DNA of 64,000 nt from a virus, in the IMG/VR virus record IMGVR_UViG_3300033512_000218, positions 75,611 through 139,610 of that record; one strand, 5' to 3'. The notes below the pieces were generated by a model, which did no database searches, had not been told where the DNA came from, and worked only from the letters and a program-made list of their open reading frames with translations. A program made the position numbers and the translations under genes. This document shows, piece after piece, positions 30,549 through 40,624 of this stretch (positions are counted from its first letter, which is position 1; the number at the start of each line of letters is the position of its first letter).

Positions 30549-31289
30549 ATGAACTTAAAACAAATAATTAGTGAAATAATTAGTATAGAACTAATTAAAA
30601 ATAAATTTAAAACAGTAAATAAAAATAATATATTACAATTTATAATGTATATTATTAAGGAGTATAAATTAAAAAATATTAAATACAATTATGTATTTAT
30701 GCCAGTAGAAAGTCCATATCTACCGTATAGAACAGTTAAAAAAACTATTGATATTAATGATTATTATATTTCAACAAAAGCAACATTTAAAAGTATTTTA
30801 CATACTCAAGAAGATTATGATAATGTTTTTAGAATATGGGATAAAATAAAAGAAAAAGGAGAATATAAGCAAAGTCCATTATCAAAAAGTGAATATATTA
30901 TAACAAAAAATAATGATATATATCGTTTATCAGACCATTGGGGTAATGTTGCATCATGTATTTGGGATTTAGATATGAATATATATACAGAACATGGAAA
31001 ATATGATATAGGAGTATGCAATATAAAAGATTTTAAACTTCATGATAATGATGATGTTATTGATTATAATACATATATGGATTTTGCACCCTCTAAATTT
31101 AATCTTCCTAATAAAAAATACATAAAATCATATACAAATTATATAAAGGATGTTGATTTTATAAAAAATATAATGACACAATTAAAAACAACTGAATCAT
31201 CATATAAAGAATTTAATGGGATATTTGGACTTAAACGTTGGAATGAAATATATACTGAACTTAAAGAACAATTAAAAAAACATGGATAA
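30549..31289 (+). CDS. Hypothetical protein with MNLKQIISE leader
   Basis: SEY...YRLSDHWGNVASCIW motif. Confidence 0.7.
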   Translation: MNLKQIISEIISIELIKNKFKTVNKNNILQFIMYIIKEYKLKNIKYNYVFMPVESPYLPYRTVKKTIDINDYYISTKATFKSILHTQEDYDNVFRIWDKIKEKGEYKQSPLSKSEYIITKNNDIYRLSDHWGNVASCIWDLDMNIYTEHGKYDIGVCNIKDFKLHDNDDVIDYNTYMDFAPSKFNLPNKKYIKSYTNYIKDVDFIKNIMTQLKTTESSYKEFNGIFGLKRWNEIYTELKEQLKKHG

Positions 31290-31797
31290 ACATAAATTAG
31301 CAAAAATAATATTAAGTGAATATAAAAAGATATTGAAGAAATATAATATACCTTTTAACAATACAATAGAAAAAATAAATGTTAGCGAAAAAATAAATTT
31401 TCAATCGGTTATAGATTTTGTATTTAAAAAAGAGTTTTATTATTCAAACGATTTTCAAATTATAACAAATGATTTAATACAATTAAAAAATAAATATATG
31501 AAACAAAATACAGATACAATAATACGTACAGTTGAATTTTCTAATACAGGAGTTCCAATGAAAGAAAATATAATATACGAAGGATTTTTCACTAATTTTT
31601 TTAAAAATATATTCAAATCAATAGAAAAAGATTCAATTAAAAAAGTAAAAACAGAACACCCTGAATATTTTGATAATGTTGAAAAAAACAAAGCTAAAAT
31701 AAAAAAGGATATGGAAATAGAAAAAGAAAAAATGATTAAAAAATATGGAATAACACCTGAACAATATGAAAAGAGTATTTTAAAATTTTCAAAATAA
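31282..31797 (+). CDS. Hypothetical late protein preceding tape measure
   Basis: 171 aa, operon context. Confidence 0.65.
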   Translation: MDKHKLAKIILSEYKKILKKYNIPFNNTIEKINVSEKINFQSVIDFVFKKEFYYSNDFQIITNDLIQLKNKYMKQNTDTIIRTVEFSNTGVPMKENIIYEGFFTNFFKNIFKSIEKDSIKKVKTEHPEYFDNVEKNKAKIKKDMEIEKEKMIKKYGITPEQYEKSILKFSK

Positions 31798-31803
31798 AAT
31801 ATT

Positions 31804-34380
31804 ATGGAATTTGATGATAAATTTGATGCAGATGCCTTACGAGATTATACATTAGAATTAAATGATTTAATTAAAAATGTTTCTTCACTACATAAACAAT
31901 CTTATGGAGATATTATAGATTTAGCTTCAAAATTAACAAAGGAAGCGGCTGTTAAATATGATGTTGATAAAAAGGATTCTAAATTAAGTATGGATGTTTC
32001 TAAAATTGTGGTTGAACAATTGAAAAACTTACAAGATGGAAATAAATTAGAATTACAGAAATTTAATTTACAAAAAGTTATGAAAAAATTAAATTATGAA
32101 AGTTTATCATTTGAAGAAAAAGCCAATGCTAAAATTTATCTATTACAAATGAGTGGTCTTAAAAAAATGATAGATGAAAAACTAAAAATTAATGAGAATG
32201 GAGAATCATATATTGATATATTAAAAGAACAAAATGATATACTTGATAAACAAAAAGAACAACTATTAGGAATAGGACATAACGTTGATACTTTCTTCAA
32301 AACAATGAAAGTAATGGCTCAAAATCCTAAAATAGCAGGAGGAGTATTATTAGCCGCATTAGTAGGTAAAAGTAAAGAATTATTTGAAACAATATCAGAA
32401 ACAAGAACTCAATTAGGATTAAGTGGTAAAGATAGTTTAATAATGGCTAAAAATATTACATCAGCTTCAATGCAAGGAATGTTTTTAGGTATTGGTATGA
32501 AAGAATCATCAGAAGCCGCAAGTGCTATTTACAAAGAATTTAAATCAATTAATAATGTAAATAAAGATGCAATATTACAAGTAGCAAAATTAAATAAATA
32601 TTACGGTGTATCAGCTGAAGAAGGAGCAAAACTATATAAAGTATTTTCAGAAATGCAACCTTTAACAGGTCGTTCTGCAAAAGATAGTTTTAAGTTTTAT
32701 AAAAATATAGCTGAAACAAATGGATTAAGTGTAGGTAATATGATGTCCGAAGTTGCTCAAAACACCGAATACTTTGCAAAATATAGTAAAAACGGTGGTG
32801 ATAATATAGCTAAAACAGTTGCAGTTGCAAATAAATTAGGTTTAAGTTTAGCAAATGTGGAATCAATTGCAACTAATTTATTAAATGTTGATAGTAGTAT
32901 AGAAGCAGAAATGAGTGCAAGTGTATTAACAGGTAAACAACTTAATTTTAATAAAGCAAGAGAATTAGCTTTAGCTGGTAAACATGACGAAATGATGAAA
33001 GAAATATTAAAAAATCAATTTAATATTTCTGAGTGGAATAGTTGGGATGTTATACAACGACAAAAAGTAGCTGAATCTTTAGGTTTAAGTGTTGAACAAA
33101 TGCAAAACATGATTTCCCAACAAGATAATATTAACAAACTTACAGATAAATATGGAAGTAAATTAGGAAATACAATGATTTGGGCTAATGCTTTTGGTAA
33201 GAAAATGTGGGAAAATAAAGAAACTATTTTTGCAAGTATGAATTTCTTAGCAAGTATGAAAACTGTTATGCCTGGATTAATAGGAGGAATTGGAAAATTA
33301 GTTACAGGAGCAGGTCAATGGATTATGTCATTAGTAAAAGGAATTGGAATACAAAAAGCTGTTGATGGAGCTTCAAATGTAAAATCAGGTGGTGGATTAT
33401 TAAAAAATGTTAAAAAAGGTGGTGGAGGCGGAATTTTTAAAAAAGCAACAGAAGTTCAAAAAATGTCCCCACCAACAAATAATTTAAAAGGAACAATGCA
33501 AGGTAATCCCATTGTAAATTGGATTAATAGTTGGAAAACAATGGATGTTAAAGCTCTATTAAAATTTTCTTTGGCAGTAGGAATATTACTTGTATCTATA
33601 CCTCTTTTAGCATTAGCATTAAAACAATTTTCAGATGTTCCATTTGATGCTGTATTAAAAGGAATGGGTAGTATGTTAGTTATGGCTGGTATAATGAAAA
33701 TAATAGGTAATATGAATAAAGATGTTTTAAAAGGAGCATTAGCATTAGGAATTATGAGTTTAGCTTTAATTCCTTTAGGATTTGCTTTAAAACAATTTAC
33801 AGATATAGAATGGAAAACATTAGGTATTGCAGGAGTTGCTCTATTAGGATTAACTGGTGCTTTATTTGGATTAGGTGCATTAATTAGTGGTCCAGGAGCA
33901 ATTATATTTGGTGCAGGTGTTCTTGGTTTTATAGCAATGGGAATTGCATTAACATCATTAGGAATAGGATTACAAATGGTAACAAGTCCACTATCACAAT
34001 TTGTTCCAATGATTACTCAATTAGCTACAATAAGCGGAAGTTTAGTTCAAATAGGATTTGGATTTAGTGCTATGTCAATTGGACTTATTGCTTTTACTGC
34101 ATCATTATTAGGGTTAGCTCCGTTATTGCCTGTATTGGCAAGTGTGGTAGGTTTAACTCAAAAATTAACTCCTATTCAAACATCTGAAAGTAGCAAACAA
34201 GGTTCAACTGATTTAGGTGAAAGTAAAAGTAGTAAAGAAGAAAAAATAGATTCATTATTAAATAGTATAAATCAATTAGTATCCGAATTATCAAAAGAAA
34301 AAGCTATAATTATTAATGATAGAGAAGTTGGTAGATATTTAGGTTTGAAAATGGATAGAATGAAAGTAAATGGAATATAA
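31804..34380 (+). CDS. Tape measure protein
   Basis: 858 aa helical, Ala/Gly/Leu-rich hydrophobic C-half; IEAEMSASVLTGKQLNFNKARELAL. Confidence 0.85.
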   Translation: MEFDDKFDADALRDYTLELNDLIKNVSSLHKQSYGDIIDLASKLTKEAAVKYDVDKKDSKLSMDVSKIVVEQLKNLQDGNKLELQKFNLQKVMKKLNYESLSFEEKANAKIYLLQMSGLKKMIDEKLKINENGESYIDILKEQNDILDKQKEQLLGIGHNVDTFFKTMKVMAQNPKIAGGVLLAALVGKSKELFETISETRTQLGLSGKDSLIMAKNITSASMQGMFLGIGMKESSEAASAIYKEFKSINNVNKDAILQVAKLNKYYGVSAEEGAKLYKVFSEMQPLTGRSAKDSFKFYKNIAETNGLSVGNMMSEVAQNTEYFAKYSKNGGDNIAKTVAVANKLGLSLANVESIATNLLNVDSSIEAEMSASVLTGKQLNFNKARELALAGKHDEMMKEILKNQFNISEWNSWDVIQRQKVAESLGLSVEQMQNMISQQDNINKLTDKYGSKLGNTMIWANAFGKKMWENKETIFASMNFLASMKTVMPGLIGGIGKLVTGAGQWIMSLVKGIGIQKAVDGASNVKSGGGLLKNVKKGGGGGIFKKATEVQKMSPPTNNLKGTMQGNPIVNWINSWKTMDVKALLKFSLAVGILLVSIPLLALALKQFSDVPFDAVLKGMGSMLVMAGIMKIIGNMNKDVLKGALALGIMSLALIPLGFALKQFTDIEWKTLGIAGVALLGLTGALFGLGALISGPGAIIFGAGVLGFIAMGIALTSLGIGLQMVTSPLSQFVPMITQLATISGSLVQIGFGFSAMSIGLIAFTASLLGLAPLLPVLASVVGLTQKLTPIQTSESSKQGSTDLGESKSSKEEKIDSLLNSINQLVSELSKEKAIIINDREVGRYLGLKMDRMKVNGI

Positions 34381-34384
34381 AAAT

Positions 34385-34411
34385 AAAACCTACAATTAAT
34401 TGTAGGTTTTT
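34385..34411. terminator. Bidirectional terminator
   Basis: AAAACCTACAAT-TA-ATTGTAGGTTTT between convergent genes. Confidence 0.85.
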
Positions 34412-34414
34412 AAA

Positions 34415-34810
34415 TTATAAATGATTATTTAATGTAGGTTTAGTTTTTGAAGTTTTACTAAAATAATATTCTAAATGTTTATAAATCATATGTTGAGGGA
34501 TATAATTTAAATTATATCTATTAAAAATTATTTCTTTAACTTGTTTAATAGAATTTAAATCAATTGTATTTTCACAATCTAATCTTTCAGATGTGATATA
34601 ATTTTCGTCCTCTAATATGGATGCTTTTTCACAACATAAATCAACTGTTTCTGATATTATTTTTGATAATAATAATGTACTATCATTGAACCAATCTTCC
34701 ACTATTTTGTATGATGCATATTCCTCCATAGCATTAATTAAAGATTCAAATTGTCCTCTTTCATTAAATGAATATGGTAATGCTCTTAATATTTTTTCTG
34801 CTTTGTTCAT
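34415..34810 (-). CDS. Hypothetical protein
   Basis: 131 aa; AMEEYA...IDLNSI. Confidence 0.65.
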   Translation of the reverse strand: MNKAEKILRALPYSFNERGQFESLINAMEEYASYKIVEDWFNDSTLLLSKIISETVDLCCEKASILEDENYITSERLDCENTIDLNSIKQVKEIIFNRYNLNYIPQHMIYKHLEYYFSKTSKTKPTLNNHL

Positions 34811-34820
34811 GTTTTAAATA

Positions 34821-35231
34821 TTATTGATAATAAATATATGATATTATTTTAGGTGTTATTTTTAAATTATAATTATTATATAAATATATTTGTAATTCTT
34901 CAACTTCATTATTTAATAATTTAGTATTTATATCTTGAATTTTATTTGTTGTATAAATAACCCTACCAAAATATAATTCATTTAAATTTTCAGGGAAAAC
35001 TGATGTTCGACTTAATATTTTATAATCAGTTGAAAATACATTATCATCCAAATAATTACTAAGTATAATATCAGTATTTTTAATTTTGATAGTTCGTTCT
35101 GTTACTTGTTTTGTTCCTATTATTTCATGATAATCGTTTCTTATAGGAATATTTAACAGATTTAACCCAACATCAACAAAATCCAATAAATCTATAACAC
35201 ATGATATTTTATTATAAACTGTTGTACTCAT
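34821..35231 (-). CDS. Hypothetical protein
   Basis: 136 aa. Confidence 0.65.
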   Translation of the reverse strand: MSTTVYNKISCVIDLLDFVDVGLNLLNIPIRNDYHEIIGTKQVTERTIKIKNTDIILSNYLDDNVFSTDYKILSRTSVFPENLNELYFGRVIYTTNKIQDINTKLLNNEVEELQIYLYNNYNLKITPKIISYIYYQ

Positions 35232-35243
35232 TATTTTATGTTT

Positions 35244-35876
35244 TTATTTTTTAATAAATTTAGTTTTATATAAATTATTTATATTTAAAATATAAACTCC
35301 TTCATTTAAAAATTCAACATTTATTAAATTTTCATTTGTTGAAATAATAATATTTCCGTATAAATCATAAATATCAATTGAATTTATATTATCATACTCA
35401 ATATGTATAATATCAGTTGTAGGATTAGGAAATATATAAATATTATCATTGATATTATTTAAACTTAATAAATTTGATACTGATAAATCATATACAATAT
35501 AATTATTATTAGGATTATTATCAAATATATAATCATTATTAACAGTTAATACTAAATAATTATACGTTAAATCAGTATTAATATATTCAGTAACACCACG
35601 TTCAACAAATGATTTACATACAATTTCTGTTATCGTATCTGTATAAATTAAATTAGTTAATACTGTAGTGTCATTTGTTAGATAATAATTTACTAAAGTG
35701 AAATTAAATAATAATGAATCATCCACTTCTGGTTGGTGATTATAATTTCCTAACATAACAAAGGTTTTATAGTTATTTTCAAACTGGTTATACTTTTGAA
35801 AATAAAAATCTACTTGAGATTTACAAATCGAAAAGGTGAATAATATCACAATAACTAAAATACTAATTTTTTTCAT
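35244..35876 (-). CDS. Secreted protein with T9SS type A C-terminal sorting domain
   Basis: Sec signal MKKISILVIVILFTFSICKS/Q; C-terminal IFPNPTTDII.I...IYDLYG...LNEGVYIL.I...KFIKK. Confidence 0.9.
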   Translation of the reverse strand: MKKISILVIVILFTFSICKSQVDFYFQKYNQFENNYKTFVMLGNYNHQPEVDDSLLFNFTLVNYYLTNDTTVLTNLIYTDTITEIVCKSFVERGVTEYINTDLTYNYLVLTVNNDYIFDNNPNNNYIVYDLSVSNLLSLNNINDNIYIFPNPTTDIIHIEYDNINSIDIYDLYGNIIISTNENLINVEFLNEGVYILNINNLYKTKFIKK

Positions 35877-35914
35877 TTTTTTATTTTTATGGGTTTATAA
35901 CTTTTAAATAAATA

Positions 35915-36301
35915 CTATAATTCAATGAAGTAATTTTTATTATACTCATCCAATAAATTATTTAATAACTCATAAGATGTTTTATTTATTTTTATTTCAT
36001 GATATGTATAATCGTATAAGTATATAACAAAATCATTTTGTATTATTTCATTTATATTTATAGATGAATAATAATCAAATGAATCACAATCAACAGAACC
36101 ATATCCAACAGATACTATTTGATATTTATTATTTATTATATCTATAATATAAACATATTCATCATCGAAATTATATAAAACTATCCCTTTTGCGTCATAA
36201 TAGCACGCTTTATCATTAATATGATAATTATCACTATTTTTTTCTAAAAATATTTCAATACTTTCAAAGTATAAATCTTCCTTTATTTTATTTTCTTTCA
36301 T
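35915..36301 (-). CDS. Hypothetical acidic protein
   Basis: 128 aa. Confidence 0.65.
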   Translation of the reverse strand: MKENKIKEDLYFESIEIFLEKNSDNYHINDKACYYDAKGIVLYNFDDEYVYIIDIINNKYQIVSVGYGSVDCDSFDYYSSININEIIQNDFVIYLYDYTYHEIKINKTSYELLNNLLDEYNKNYFIEL

Positions 36302-36313
36302 TTTATAAGATTA

Positions 36314-36685
36314 TTAGAATGCAAAACAATTAAAATTTTTGTATAAAAAGGAATTTACACCTTTTTTATTTTTACTATAACAACCATTATTTCTATTATA
36401 TAAGTGAGTAAAACTCAAATTAAAATCAATAGTATTGTCTATTTCAAACCAAGCCCAAACATTTTTCTTATATTCAAAACCAAATACATGGTTTGCAAAA
36501 GTATATGAATAAGTTTTAGGAGTGTATGTTGTTTTTGTCATGATATCAATACCAAATCTTTTAAAGGTATCATCTGCTTCAACTGTAATATAATCAACCT
36601 TACACGCAACATTATTACTAAATTCATACGGTATATTTTTATCTTTTAAATAACCTATCAATTTTTTCGCTTCAATTTTATTCAT
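36314..36685 (-). CDS. Hypothetical protein
   Basis: 123 aa after promoter copy 8. Confidence 0.7.
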   Translation of the reverse strand: MNKIEAKKLIGYLKDKNIPYEFSNNVACKVDYITVEADDTFKRFGIDIMTKTTYTPKTYSYTFANHVFGFEYKKNVWAWFEIDNTIDFNLSFTHLYNRNNGCYSKNKKGVNSFLYKNFNCFAF

Positions 36686-36708
36686 TGTTTTATTTTTTAA
36701 ATTATATC

Positions 36709-36766
36709 ACAAAGATAATATAAATAAAGACAAAATACAAATTAATTCATGTTAATAAATGTTAAA
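36709..36766 (-). promoter_or_regulatory. Repeated early promoter cassette (copy 8)
   Basis: Reverse complement of cassette. Confidence 0.85.
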
Positions 36767-36813
36767 AATAAATCAATTTTTAAATGTACTTATTTATACA
36801 TAATAGTCATACA

Positions 36814-37254
36814 CTATAAAATACAATTTTCACTCTCACTTTCCAATGAGAAAATTTCATGTTCTACAATATACCACTGTACGATATTATTGAAATCTTT
36901 AGCTAAAAAATTCGTAAACCATTCATTTAATTTAATTTGTTTTAAAAAATTCACAAAACGTATTGGTAAAAAATCATAGGTTATTCTATCTTCAATAGTT
37001 ATATCGTCTTTTGATTTATTTGAAAAATAAACATTCCCATCATAGGTGAAATACATATACTTGAATTTATCTTTTATATAAATTATATTTCTAAACCAAT
37101 TCCACTTCGCAAATTTTAAAAAATATTCTATATCATAATCATAATAATCATCTTTATAATATCTATGTACTACTTTTATTTTATTTTATGTAATTTCCAA
37201 TATTTGACATTCCATTGAAAATATTTTTACATAATGTCCAACTTGTATTTTCAT
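36814..37254 (-). pseudogene. Hypothetical gene with single in-frame TAA
   Basis: ATG 37254 in frame with 37056 ORF; TAA at 37188-37186. Confidence 0.65.
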
Positions 37255-37259
37255 GACAT

Positions 37260-37460
37260 TTAATTTGAAAATATGTTTAATAATCCTATTATTGTTATTA
37301 TTGTGGTTATAAATGGACATATATAAAAAGAAAAAAATGTATGATGTTCTAAATTAGATGCATATATACCTATTATAGTTAATCCAACTAATGATAATAC
37401 ACTAATTATTATTTTTTCACTTTTCCTACTAATTTTTGTAAATAAAATTCCTGTTTTCAT
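37260..37460 (-). CDS. Small two-TM membrane protein
   Basis: Two hydrophobic segments. Confidence 0.6.
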   Translation of the reverse strand: MKTGILFTKISRKSEKIIISVLSLVGLTIIGIYASNLEHHTFFSFYICPFITTIITIIGLLNIFSN

Positions 37461-37570
37461 AAATAAATGTTTTATAATAATGATTATAGATAATTCATAA
37501 TCATTTGTTGATTAATTGAGTTGTATTTATAAAGCAAATACTATTAGTTTTAATAGCATGGAATAATAAA

Positions 37571-37966
37571 TTAAAAACGATTATCAAAATATTCTTCCAT
37601 TTCCTTATATTTTTTATATCTTATTAATTTATCAATTTTAAATATATTACTTAAAAACACCCTTCTTATTTTGTAAATTGGAAATATCAATGATGTTTTA
37701 ATTTTATATAATAATTGTTCTTGTTTATTTGCTAATATAAAACATTCTTTTGGAAAACATGGTTTATTATACCAATATTTTTGCATACCATTTATAATAG
37801 TTATTCCTTCTAAAGAACTATATTTTGGAATATAATAATTTTCACTTGTTAATATTAGTTCTTCAATACATTTATATAAATGTCCTATTTTAATTTTTTC
37901 AGCTTTGAAACTGTTATTATAAATTTCGTGTGTATTATTTATACACTTAACTATTTTGTTTTTCAT
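37571..37966 (-). CDS. Hypothetical protein
   Basis: 131 aa; VKCIN...FPKECF. Confidence 0.65.
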   Translation of the reverse strand: MKNKIVKCINNTHEIYNNSFKAEKIKIGHLYKCIEELILTSENYYIPKYSSLEGITIINGMQKYWYNKPCFPKECFILANKQEQLLYKIKTSLIFPIYKIRRVFLSNIFKIDKLIRYKKYKEMEEYFDNRF

Positions 37967-38421
37967 ATATTACTATTTATTTTGAATTTTATTTCTATTA
38001 TCTCTCCAATATCCCAATTTTCATCATATAAGAAAAATTCAGTTTCTATATAGAATGGAACAGTATGAAATGAGTGTATTTTTGTTAATTGAATATCTAT
38101 CTTATCGGAATCGATTTTATATTTATTTGAAATATATTTTAATAAAAAATCTTCAAAATCATATAAATCAGTTGAAAAATCTTCATATTCTTCAATTTCT
38201 TTTTTAGTAAATAAATTTAATATTTTATCATTATATTCACTATATTCGGACAAATATAGTTTAAAAAAACATGAAGATGTTTCAATATTAAAATCATCAT
38301 CATCAGTATTCCATGTATGTGGATAATCTTTTATAAATAATCCTTCTTTAAAATTTATTTCATTTTTTATTTCTTTAATATTTTTTAAAGTTTCTTCAAT
38401 GATAAAAATTTTCTTTTTCAT
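37963..38421 (-). CDS. Hypothetical acidic protein
   Basis: 152 aa after promoter copy 9. Confidence 0.7.
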   Translation of the reverse strand: MKKKIFIIEETLKNIKEIKNEINFKEGLFIKDYPHTWNTDDDDFNIETSSCFFKLYLSEYSEYNDKILNLFTKKEIEEYEDFSTDLYDFEDFLLKYISNKYKIDSDKIDIQLTKIHSFHTVPFYIETEFFLYDENWDIGEIIEIKFKINSNI

Positions 38422-38441
38422 ATTTTTTAATTTGTTATATC

Positions 38442-38499
38442 ACAAAGATAATATAAATAAAGTAAAAATACAAATAAAATAATGTTAATAAATGTTAAA
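38442..38499 (-). promoter_or_regulatory. Repeated early promoter cassette (copy 9)
   Basis: Reverse complement of cassette. Confidence 0.85.
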
Positions 38500-38501
38500 T
38501 A

Positions 38502-38509
38502 GTATTTAT
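38502..38509 (+). promoter_or_regulatory. Putative late promoter GTATTTAT, back-to-back with early cassette
   Basis: 27 nt before ATG 38529. Confidence 0.7.
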
Positions 38510-38528
38510 ATAAAACAAAAATAAGTAA

Positions 38529-39002
38529 ATGGCATTATATGGTAAAATACGAGATATACGATTATTTCAAGGAATCAATAAAGAATTATTAAATAATATT
38601 ATTGATACAAAAGTAGATGTATTTAGATTGGATGTTACTAAAACAAACGATAATATATACGGAGAAAGTGATAAAAAAATTTATTTATCTCCTATACGTA
38701 TAAATTGCTTAATATCATCAGATGAACAAAGTAGTAATTATGATGAATTAGGATATGATAGTAAACAAACAGTAAAATTTTCATTTTTAAGAGATGAATT
38801 AGTTGAAAAAAATACATATATAGATGTAGGTGATATTATTCATTGGAATAATAATTTCTGGGAACTTGACCATAGAATAGAAAATCAAACATTTATGAAA
38901 CGAAACCCAAATACAAATAAAGATATTAGTCAATTATACGGTTGGAATATTAGTGTAATATTTACTGGACACATGACTCAAAGAAATAAATTAAATATTT
39001 AA
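38529..39002 (+). CDS. Neck/head-completion-like protein
   Basis: NIYGES..K.Y..P, VGDIIHWNNNFWE; late context. Confidence 0.65.
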   Translation: MALYGKIRDIRLFQGINKELLNNIIDTKVDVFRLDVTKTNDNIYGESDKKIYLSPIRINCLISSDEQSSNYDELGYDSKQTVKFSFLRDELVEKNTYIDVGDIIHWNNNFWELDHRIENQTFMKRNPNTNKDISQLYGWNISVIFTGHMTQRNKLNI

Positions 39003-39004
39003 TT

Positions 39005-40612
39005 ATGCAAAAAACAAAAGAAGAATTACTTTTATTAAATATTAATAGAATATACGAAAATACAACTAATGATATAACAGGTGAAATATTACAACAACAT
39101 CTGGAAGATATTATTGATTCAATGGCTATTACAGGATTACCATCATCCCTTACAAATAATTTAGGAGAATGGGATGCTGATACTAATACTCCAACAATTG
39201 TAAGCTCAATTGGTAGTAACGGAGATTTTTATATTGTATCAGTTGAAGGTAATACTTTGATAAATGATATAGATGATTGGAATGTAGATGACTATATATG
39301 GTATGATGGTAGTACAGAAACTTGGCAAAAAATATCAAATAGTTCAGGATTATCAATTCCAGGAGGAATAACAGGTACTGTACAATTTAATAATTATGGA
39401 GAATTTTCTGGAGATGATAATTTCTTTTGGAATAATACAACTAAAAAACTTGGATTAGGATTATATCCATCAGAGTCTATATACCCTACACCAAGAGAAA
39501 GACTACATTTATTAAGTGGTAAAATTAGAATAGAAGATTTAAAAAGTAAAACTTTATTAGGTACTGATGTATATGGTAATATAATTGAAAGTACATATAA
39601 TCCTACATTAATAACTTCTATTACACATTCACAATTATTAACATTAAAAACAAATAATCTATTAACAAAAGGACAAAAATACGTTATAACTGATTTTAAA
39701 ACTAAATATAATCAAGTTGTAACAAATACTATAAAAGAAGCATCTTCATTTGAAACAATAGTTTTAACTGCTACAAGTATAAATACATTTGATATAGTTG
39801 TACAAAGTGTTGAATATCCAAACGATATTATTAAATACGATATTACAAATATATTATGTGAAGATGGAATCACAAATAGAAAAGGCAAAATAACTTATAG
39901 AAAGGATACAGAAAATAATTTAGAAGTAGATGGATATGATTTTTTACAAATTTATCATGCTCGTTGGGAAACTTCTACTGGAAGTGGATTATTTACAGTT
40001 TTATTTGATAATGGAGAAGCAATGCAAGAGTTTTTAACTTTTGGTTCAGGTTGTTATGATATTTCTATTGGTAAACATACTAATTACAATAATATTGTAT
40101 TTGGAAATATTAATCATTCAATAACTATAGGAACTGATAACTATTCAATGACTTTTGGAAGTGTTAATTATTCAATGATTTTTGGAAATACAAATTATTC
40201 AATGACTTTTGGAAGTGCAAATAATTCTATAACATTCAGAGATAAAAACAATTCTATAAGTGTAGGAAATGCAAATTATTCACTAACTTTTGGTGATGCT
40301 AATTATTCCATAACTTTTGGAAGTGTTAATTATTCAATGACTTTTGGTGATGGTAATGACTCACTTAATTTCAATGATAATAATCATTCGATTAATTTTA
40401 AAAATTTAAATAGTTCAATAACTTTTGGAGATAGTAATTTAAAAATAGAAATTGGAAATAGTAATAATTTTTCAACTTTGACATTAGGAGTAAATTCAAT
40501 TGCGTTATTACAAAATTCATTATATGAAAAAACATTATATACAGATAATACAGATTTTGTAATTAGGTATATTGATAATTCAGATATAAACTTTATAGAT
40601 GCTACAACTTAA
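39005..40612 (+). CDS. Tail fibre/spike protein with beta-helical repeats
   Basis: GEWDADTNTPT, VQFNN.G.FSGD, L.KGQKYVITDF, 10-aa NYSMTFGSV repeats. Confidence 0.75.
   Translation: MQKTKEELLLLNINRIYENTTNDITGEILQQHLEDIIDSMAITGLPSSLTNNLGEWDADTNTPTIVSSIGSNGDFYIVSVEGNTLINDIDDWNVDDYIWYDGSTETWQKISNSSGLSIPGGITGTVQFNNYGEFSGDDNFFWNNTTKKLGLGLYPSESIYPTPRERLHLLSGKIRIEDLKSKTLLGTDVYGNIIESTYNPTLITSITHSQLLTLKTNNLLTKGQKYVITDFKTKYNQVVTNTIKEASSFETIVLTATSINTFDIVVQSVEYPNDIIKYDITNILCEDGITNRKGKITYRKDTENNLEVDGYDFLQIYHARWETSTGSGLFTVLFDNGEAMQEFLTFGSGCYDISIGKHTNYNNIVFGNINHSITIGTDNYSMTFGSVNYSMIFGNTNYSMTFGSANNSITFRDKNNSISVGNANYSLTFGDANYSITFGSVNYSMTFGDGNDSLNFNDNNHSINFKNLNSSITFGDSNLKIEIGNSNNFSTLTLGVNSIALLQNSLYEKTLYTDNTDFVIRYIDNSDINFIDATT
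40080..40470 (+). repeat. 30-nt (10-aa) degenerate tandem repeats within tail fibre
   Basis: Units like AATTATTCAATGACTTTTGGAAGTGTT. Confidence 0.8.
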
Positions 40613-40624
40613 AAAATATTTTAA

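Larger units (their letters stand above)
27912..30552 (+). pseudogene. Late gene interrupted by IS607 element
   Basis: Removing 27938-30242 gives MDYIKIFCN-YDIRDLRRSLYDNDMININ... in frame with 30286 ORF. Confidence 0.75.

Noticed and set aside
11323-34411. Shared AAAACCTAC...GTAGGTTTT palindromes at 11323, 26621, 34385 as a mobile element
   Set aside because: Position at ends of late units and T-tracts fit ordinary terminators.
40080-40470. Tail-fibre repeats as DGR template/variable repeats
   Set aside because: In-frame 30-nt beta-helix repeats; no reverse transcriptase or adenine-specific mismatch pair seen in the window.
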